DNA of 64,000 nucleotides. It comes from Alphaproteobacteria bacterium. Lineage in GTDB: Bacteria > Pseudomonadota > Alphaproteobacteria > MPNO01. The translations under genes were made by a program, and so were the position numbers. Numbering within the stretch: the stretch's first letter is position 1; the number at the start of each line of letters is the position of its first letter. Positions 58,489 through 64,000 of this stretch are shown here, in pieces. The notes below the pieces were generated by a model. It saw only the letters and a list, made by a program, of their open reading frames with translations, ran no database searches and was not told the origin of the DNA. The stretch lies in assembly GCA_964291675.2 (NCBI GenBank), contig OZ219866.1, forward strand, positions 3,232,001 through 3,296,000, written 5' to 3'.

Positions 58489-58591
58489 CGCGCGCATCCT
58501 GTCCTGTGGGCCCGGCGAGTGTAGGGGAACGGGGCGGGGCTCTCAACAAAGCGCCGGTGGGTCAACGCAATTCGACCGGTGTCCGTTGCGC

Positions 58592-58849
58592 CTATCCGCC
58601 GCCGGGAGTGCCTGTACGATCGACTGCGGCAGCCCCCCAGGCGAGGGCAGCCCGAACGTCCGCATCGCTCAGATAGGGATAGTCGGCCAGCAGCTCGGCC
58701 GGCGACACGCCGGACGCCAAAATCTGCAGGATATCGGAAACCCGAACCCGGGTTCCGCGAATACGCGGGCGTCCGCCGCAGATCGCGGGGTCGATGTCGA
58801 CTCGCCCCGAACCGGTCGGTAAATCGACGCCGGATGCGAGCATTTGCAC
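58592..58849 (-). CDS. DUF433 protein (antitoxin-like), 5' end uncertain
   Basis: IDPAICGGRP.IRGTRV.V..IL..LA.G....ELL.DYP.L...DV.AAL. Confidence 0.85.
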   Translation of the reverse strand: MQMLASGVDLPTGSGRVDIDPAICGGRPRIRGTRVRVSDILQILASGVSPAELLADYPYLSDADVRAALAWGAAAVDRTGTPGGG

Positions 58850-58859
58850 CTCCGAATTC

Positions 58860-58946
58860 TGGTACGGGTGGCCGGACTCGAACCGGCAAGTCCTTGCGGA
58901 CAGCGGCTTTTGAGGCCGCCGCGTCTACCAATTCCGCCACACCCGC
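58860..58946 (-). tRNA. tRNA-Leu(CAA)
   Basis: GCGGGTG-TGGCGGAATTGGTAGACGC-G-GCGGC-CTCAAAA-GCCGC-long variable arm-GCCGG-TTCGAGT-CCGGC-CACCCGT-A-CCA. Confidence 0.96.
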
Positions 58947-59072
58947 GACCCGCGCCGCACTGTGCCGCAAATCGCCTCGCATCTCAACGGATCGTTGCCG
59001 CGTGTGGCGCGGCCCATTGTCCTGACGTCTTGGCGGGAGCGCCAACACCCGCTCGTCATGCCACCCCCCTCC

Positions 59073-59120
59073 CGTCATGCCTGGCCCCCGGATCAAGTCC
59101 GGCGGTGTTCCGGCCATGTC
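59073..59120. repeat. Degenerate REP-like unit of the 36051-36361 family
   Basis: cgtcatgcctggcccccggatcaagtccggcgg...ccggccat. Confidence 0.6.
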
Positions 59121-59197
59121 GGGTGGGGGGACTTGGCGCGAGGGCACACGGGGTTCCGAAACAGGCACTATAGTCGCGGCGCGGCGGGGAGGGCGGC

Positions 59198-59779
59198 GTG
59201 CTGAGACGCCTGTACGACTGGACGATGGGGCTGGCCGGGCGCAAGCGTGCGGTCTGGGCGCTGGCGGCCGTGGCCTTCGTCGAGGGCTGGTTCTTCCCGA
59301 TCCCGCCCGACGTGCTGCTGATCCCGATGGTGCTGGCGGCGCGCGACCGGGCGTGGCGGTACGCGGCGGTCTGCACCGCGGCCTCGGTGGCGGGCGGGGC
59401 GTTCGGCTACGCCATCGGCCTGTTCCTGTTCGAGACGGCGGCGCGGCCGATTCTCGCCTTCTACGGCTACGGCGAGGCTTTTGCCGCGTTCGGCGCGCGC
59501 TACAACGAATGGGGCGCGTGGATCGTGTTCGGCGCGGGCTTCACCCCGTTCCCCTACAAGGTGGTCGCCATCGCGAGCGGCGCGACGCGGCTCGACCCGG
59601 CGGTTTTCGTTGCCGCCTCGGTGGTGGCGCGCGGGCTCCGCTTCCTCGTCGTGGCGGCGCTGCTCTACTGGATCGGCCCGCCGATCCGCGCCTTCATCGA
59701 ACGCCGGCTCGGGCTGGTGACCGCCGTCTTCGCCGCCCTCTTGCTTGGCGGCTTCGTCCTTGCCAAATACGCCCTGTGA
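59198..59779 (+). CDS. YqaA/DedA-family membrane protein
   Basis: F.E..FFPIPPD.LLIPM, SV.GG.FGY.IG, GFTPFPYKV..IASG, RG.RF. Confidence 0.92.
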   Translation: MLRRLYDWTMGLAGRKRAVWALAAVAFVEGWFFPIPPDVLLIPMVLAARDRAWRYAAVCTAASVAGGAFGYAIGLFLFETAARPILAFYGYGEAFAAFGARYNEWGAWIVFGAGFTPFPYKVVAIASGATRLDPAVFVAASVVARGLRFLVVAALLYWIGPPIRAFIERRLGLVTAVFAALLLGGFVLAKYAL

Positions 59780-60267
59780 CGATCGAGAAATCCGCCCCCG
59801 CCGCGATCCTCGCCGCCAGCGCCCTGATCCTCGGGACCGCGCTCGCCTCGCAATATGCCGGCGGGCTCGCGCCCTGCGAGCTCTGCATCTGGCAGCGCTG
59901 GCCCTACGCGGCGGCGATCGGGCTGTCGCTGGTGGCGCTGACCGCGCTGCGGCGCCCGGCCGCGCGCTCGGCCGTGGTCGCGCTCTGCGGGCTTGCCTTC
60001 GCGGTGGGCGGAGCGGTCGCGTTCTACCATCTCGGGGTGGAGCAGGGCTGGTTCCGCGGCCCCGCCGGCTGCTCGGCCGCGGCCATCGACGCAACGACGA
60101 TCGAGGAGCTGAGGCGCCAGCTCGAAGCGGCCCCCGTGGTGCGCTGCGACGAGGTACCATGGTCGCTGATGGGGATCTCGCTCGCCGGCTTCAACCTGAT
60201 CGCCTCGGCCGTGCTGGCAGCGGGCTGTTTCCTGCTCGTCGCGCGGTCCTGGCGGCGGCCCGCATGA
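59776..60267 (+). CDS. dsbB: Disulfide bond formation protein B family
   Basis: PCELCIWQRWPY, YH.GVE..W..GP..C, VVRCDEV.W...G.SLA..N. Confidence 0.9.
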   Translation: MTIEKSAPAAILAASALILGTALASQYAGGLAPCELCIWQRWPYAAAIGLSLVALTALRRPAARSAVVALCGLAFAVGGAVAFYHLGVEQGWFRGPAGCSAAAIDATTIEELRRQLEAAPVVRCDEVPWSLMGISLAGFNLIASAVLAAGCFLLVARSWRRPA

Positions 60268-60821
60268 GCAAGCGTCTGACCGCGGAGGACCGGCTGCCCG
60301 GCGACCCGGACCGGGCGGAGACCGTCGCCCGCATGATCCGCGTCGACCAGGCCGGCGAGTACGGGGCGGTGCGCATCTATGCCGGGCAGCGCGCGTTCCT
60401 CCCGCCGGGCGCCGCGGCCGACGCGGTCGACGAGATGGCCGCCAAGGAAGCCGAACACCTCGCGGCGTTCGACGCGATGGTCGCCGAGCGCGGCGTCCGC
60501 CCGACCGCGCTGATGCCCCTCTGGCATGTCGCCGGCTACGCGCTCGGCGCGGCGACCGCGCTGATGGGCGAGCGCGCCGCGATGGCCTGCACCGAGGCGA
60601 TCGAGGAGGTGATCGACCGCCACTACGCCGAGCAGTCCGCCGCGCTCGGCGAGGACGAGGCCGAGCTCCGCGCCACCATCGACGAGTTCCGCGCCGACGA
60701 GATCGAGCACCGCGACCTCGCCGTCGCGCACGCGGCGCACGACGCGCCCGGCTACCGTTTGTTGACCGACGCGGTCAAGACCGGCTCGCGGATCGCGATC
60801 TGGCTGTCGACGCGGGTGTAG
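60264..60821 (+). CDS. coq7: Demethoxyubiquinone hydroxylase (di-iron)
   Basis: MIRVDQAGEYGAVRIY.GQ, E..H, RPT.L.P.W, AMACT.A.EEVI..HY, DE.EH. Confidence 0.93.
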   Translation: MSKRLTAEDRLPGDPDRAETVARMIRVDQAGEYGAVRIYAGQRAFLPPGAAADAVDEMAAKEAEHLAAFDAMVAERGVRPTALMPLWHVAGYALGAATALMGERAAMACTEAIEEVIDRHYAEQSAALGEDEAELRATIDEFRADEIEHRDLAVAHAAHDAPGYRLLTDAVKTGSRIAIWLSTRV

Positions 60822-60830
60822 GCGGCCGCC

Positions 60831-61196
60831 TCAGGCGAGGGCGTATTCCTGAACCAGGATATCGGCGGGAAGGCCCCACTCGGTGGACAGCGCACGGATC
60901 ATCGGCAAGGTCAGTGGACGGCGGCGGTTCAGCACCTCCGAGGCATGCGGCTGCGATCCGATCAGCACGGCAAGGTCCCTTTGGCGCAGCCCGCGTGCTT
61001 CCATGACGTGTTCGATCAGTGAAATCGGGTCCGGTGCTTCTATCGGCCAATGTACCGCTTCGTATGCTTCCACGAGGGTGACGAGAACTTCGAGCTCGTC
61101 GGCTTCCGGCGTATCCGGCGCGGCGTCCAACAAGCGGTCGATCGCCGACAGCGCCGCGTCGTAGTCGGCTTCGCTCCTGATCGGTCTAACGGTCAT
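60831..61196 (-). CDS. higA: HigA-type antitoxin (HTH)
   Basis: PIRSEADY..AL, LVTLVEAYE..HWPI..PDP, SEVLNR.RPLTL.MIR.L. Confidence 0.9.
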   Translation of the reverse strand: MTVRPIRSEADYDAALSAIDRLLDAAPDTPEADELEVLVTLVEAYEAVHWPIEAPDPISLIEHVMEARGLRQRDLAVLIGSQPHASEVLNRRRPLTLPMIRALSTEWGLPADILVQEYALA

Positions 61197-61205
61197 GCCG
61201 ATCTC

Positions 61206-61499
61206 CTAGACGTTGCGTGCGTCGATCGCGTCGTACTCGGCATGCGTGCCCAGAAAGCGGACGTACCCGGTACGGCGGGCGTAGTGGAAAAGCACGATGA
61301 GCCTGTACCTGTTTCCACCGATATTGAACACGACCCGGTCATTGCCGACGAAACTCGCGTTGCGGTACGCCGATTTCACGTCCGCGGGCGAGGCCCAGTC
61401 GGCTTTCCTCGCCATCGCGTACCAGGCCTTGAGCGGTTGCTCCGACCCGGGTTCCCGGGACCAATAGTCGCGCAAGGCTCTCTTCGCGATGATCCGCAC
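61206..61499 (-). CDS. higB: HigB-family mRNA interferase toxin
   Basis: MRIIAK..LR.YW, L.AWY, VFNIGGN.YRLIV, FLGTHAEYD.ID; operator-like ATCCCGAAACGGGAT at 61515-61529. Confidence 0.92.
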   Translation of the reverse strand: MRIIAKRALRDYWSREPGSEQPLKAWYAMARKADWASPADVKSAYRNASFVGNDRVVFNIGGNRYRLIVLFHYARRTGYVRFLGTHAEYDAIDARNV

Positions 61500-61571
61500 G
61501 ACTCAAATCTAAGTATCCCGAAACGGGATGTAAAGGGTTGGGGCGCCCGGACTCGAACCGCTATCGGGTTT

Positions 61572-62156
61572 TCAAAACCCCGCCATCTCCCGGTCGATGC
61601 GCCGCATGAAGCGCTGGATGCGCGCGGGCGAGGGCCGGTGCAGGTCGTAGAGCGCGAGATAGCGCACCCGCGCGCCCCTGGCGAGGAACCATTTCATGTA
61701 GCGGGTGAACATCTTGCGCGGCGGGTCGCCGAACCAGCGCAGGATGGGCCGGTCGCGCCCATAGGTGACGATCGCCGCGAGCGACCGGATGTGGCGCAAA
61801 TTGGGGTGGAGCCGGCCATGCTCGTCCTGGCGGAACGAGACCCCGGGGACCATGACCCGGTCGAAGAACCCCTTGAGGATGGCCGGCGGGCCGAGCGTCC
61901 AGGTCGGGAACACGAAGACCAGCCCTTCGGCGGCGAACAGGCGCTCCGCATGGCCCGCTGTGCGCGCCCGGTTCGCCTCCTCGTCGAAATAGGCCGCGCG
62001 CTCCTCCGCCGTCAGCACCGGGTCGAAGCCCTCGGCGTAGAGGTCGCAGAGATCGACGCTGTGGCCCGCGCGTTCGAGCGCCGCGACGGCGCGGTCGCGG
62101 AGCGCGGCGTTGAGGCTGTCGGCGCCGGGATGGGCGAAGACGAGGAGGATATTCAC
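61572..62156 (-). CDS. NAD(P)H-dependent oxidoreductase (Flavodoxin_2 / MdaB-KefF-like)
   Basis: VFAHP..DS.N, DLYAEGFDP, FP.W..G.PA.LKGFFDRV. Confidence 0.9.
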   Translation of the reverse strand: MNILLVFAHPGADSLNAALRDRAVAALERAGHSVDLCDLYAEGFDPVLTAEERAAYFDEEANRARTAGHAERLFAAEGLVFVFPTWTLGPPAILKGFFDRVMVPGVSFRQDEHGRLHPNLRHIRSLAAIVTYGRDRPILRWFGDPPRKMFTRYMKWFLARGARVRYLALYDLHRPSPARIQRFMRRIDREMAGF

Positions 62157-64000
62157 GCGCGGACGATGGGCGGCGGGGCGAAGGCGCTGACCTCGGGCGC
62201 CGGCCCGTCGAACCGCTCGACCTCGACCAGGGCGGTCTGCGCCGCGCTGCACTGGGTGAGCGCGGATGTCGGCTTGTCGATGGTGAGCACGTTGGGGTTG
62301 CCGTGCTTCTCCAGGCTGCCCGGAATCGCCGGATCGTCCGGGTCGAACCACGCGCCGGTGGCGAGCTCCACCACGCCGGGGCGGATCGCATCGCTCGCCA
62401 GCGCGCCCGCGAGGCAGGCGCCGCGGTCGTTGTACAGGCGGACGATGTCGCCGTCGGCGATGCCCCGCGAAGCGGCATCGACCGGGTTCATCCGCACCGC
62501 CTCGCGTCCCGCCACCTTGGCGGCGCGGCTCACCGAACCGCAGTCGAGCTGGCTGTGGAGCCGCGCGCGCGGCTGGTTCGAGACCAGATGGAGGGGGAAT
62601 CGGGCCGCCTTCGCCCCGCCCAGCCATTCGACCGGCTCCATCCATGTCGGATGGCCGGGAACGTCGTCATAGCCGAACCCGGCGATGGTCTCGGACCAGA
62701 TTTCGATCCTGCCGGACGGGGTCTTGAGCGGCGCCGCTTCCGGCTCGGCGCGGAAATCGGCGAACGGGATCGGCGGCGCGTCCGGCAGCGGAAGCTCGAA
62801 ATAACCCTCCTCCCAGAACGCGTCGAAGCCCGGCATCTCGATCCCGTCCCTGGCGACGCGCTGGCGGTAGATGTCGTAGAGATGGCGCAGCCATTCGGTC
62901 TCGCTTCTCCCCTCGGTGAACGAATCGGCGAAGCCCAGCCGCCCGGCGAGCGCGGCGTAGATGTCGTACTCGTTGCGCGCCCCGCCGACCGGGTCGATCG
63001 CCTGCTGGCTGGCGAAGACGAAGCGGTCGAAGTTCGACGCCGCGATGTCGTTGCGCTCCAGCGTCGTCGTGCAGGGCAGCACGATGTCGGCGCGCTTGGC
63101 GGCGGGAGTCCACCAGGGCTCGTGGATGACGATGGTCTCCGGCTTCGCCCAGCCCCTGAGCAGGTTGTTGAGGTCCTGCTGCTTGTGGAACGGGTTGCCG
63201 CCGCACCAGTAGACCAGCCGGATGTCCGGATAGCGCCGTTCCTCGCCGTTGAAGCTGTAGGCCGCGCCCGGGTTGAGCAGCATGTCGGCGAGCCTGGCGA
63301 CCGGGATCCAGCTCTCGACGGCGTTCCGGCCCGCCGGGAGCTTGGGCGGGGCGACCTGCCGGGTCGGCGCGCCGATGCCGTGAATGGCGCCGTAGCCGAA
63401 GCCGAAACCGCCGCCGGGGAGGCCGATCTGGCCCAGCATGGCGGCCAGGGCGATGGTCATCCAGTAGGGCTGCTCGCCGTGGTCGGCGCGCTGCACCGAC
63501 CAGCTCACGGCGATCAGGGTCCGCGACGACGCCATCTTGCGGGCGAGGCCGCGGATCGCCCCCGCCGGCATTTCGGCGATCGCCGCGGCCCAGTCGGCGT
63601 CCTTGGCGGTCCCGTCCGCCTCGCCCAGCAGGTACGCCGCGAGCCGCTCGAAACCGGTGCAGCAGCGCGCGAGGAAATCCGTGTCGTGCAGGTCTTCCAC
63701 CAGCAGCGTGTGGGCGAGGCCCAGCATCACCGCGAGATCGGTGTTGGGGCGGATGGCATGCCATTCGGCCGCGACCTCTTCGGCGGTGTCGTCGCGGATC
63801 GGGCCGATGCAGACGAACTCGGTTCCCGACTCGACGGCACGACGCTGCCAATCCGCCGCCTCGTGCGCGCCGACGCCGCCCTGGTTGACGTTGGCGTTCT
63901 TGGGCGCCATGCCGCCGAAAGCGACGATGAGCTCGGTATGCTCGACGATCGTGGGCCAGGTGTTGACCGGGCCGACCACCGGGCTCATCGAGCCCACGAT
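62153..64000 (-). CDS. Molybdopterin (bis-MGD) oxidoreductase, BisC/TorA/DorA family (partial)
   Basis: IRPNTD.A.MLG, QRADHGEQP.W, LGQIGLPGGG, W.GGNPFH, ADIVLP.TT.LERND, TPSG.IE, RLHSQ, GNPN.LT.D. Confidence 0.92.
   Translation of the reverse strand: MVGSMSPVVGPVNTWPTIVEHTELIVAFGGMAPKNANVNQGGVGAHEAADWQRRAVESGTEFVCIGPIRDDTAEEVAAEWHAIRPNTDLAVMLGLAHTLLVEDLHDTDFLARCCTGFERLAAYLLGEADGTAKDADWAAAIAEMPAGAIRGLARKMASSRTLIAVSWSVQRADHGEQPYWMTIALAAMLGQIGLPGGGFGFGYGAIHGIGAPTRQVAPPKLPAGRNAVESWIPVARLADMLLNPGAAYSFNGEERRYPDIRLVYWCGGNPFHKQQDLNNLLRGWAKPETIVIHEPWWTPAAKRADIVLPCTTTLERNDIAASNFDRFVFASQQAIDPVGGARNEYDIYAALAGRLGFADSFTEGRSETEWLRHLYDIYRQRVARDGIEMPGFDAFWEEGYFELPLPDAPPIPFADFRAEPEAAPLKTPSGRIEIWSETIAGFGYDDVPGHPTWMEPVEWLGGAKAARFPLHLVSNQPRARLHSQLDCGSVSRAAKVAGREAVRMNPVDAASRGIADGDIVRLYNDRGACLAGALASDAIRPGVVELATGAWFDPDDPAIPGSLEKHGNPNVLTIDKPTSALTQCSAAQTALVEVERFDGPAPEVSAFAPPPIVRA

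Noticed and set aside
61561-61582. tRNA-Sec-like TTCAAA loop hairpin
   Set aside because: It coincides with the stop codon of the flavodoxin-like gene and no full cloverleaf can be built.

Overview
GC-rich alphaproteobacterial-type DNA in two parts. Bases ~1-32,400 are the right part of a mobile genomic island. It holds a MobF/TrwC relaxase-helicase with a candidate oriT, a frameshifted FseA-like (DUF6499+DUF2285) activator, a truncated autotransporter adhesin, a nuclease-NACHT (NLR/Avs-like) defence gene, an IS1595 element carrying a fused restriction-modification gene, nested IS66/IS4 debris and a low-GC secreted protein with a phage-fibre-like tip. The most notable object is a precisely delimited 4,409-bp transposon (20891-25299) with TGAG...CTCA ends and a 5-bp TCCGG target duplication, inserted into IS66 tnpC. 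It encodes a Zn-ribbon protein, a Mu/TnsB-like DDE transposase, an ExeA/TniB-like AAA+ ATPase and a RecA/SF4-type (AAA_25) helicase-like protein, followed by a symmetric iteron-like palindrome. Two more diverged ends of this family lie at 9689-9842 and 19666-19713. Bases ~32,400-64,000 are chromosomal metabolic genes (amidase/M20/LLM/hydrolase cluster, Rieske oxygenase, MetE-like protein, TRAP transporter, Mo-hydroxylase, dedA-dsbB-coq7, BisC/TorA-family reductase). Interspersed among them are tRNA-Leu(CAA), REP-like palindromes, several toxin-antitoxin modules and a second autotransporter with six ~103-aa tandem repeats. All family calls come from motif recognition by eye; no database search was run.
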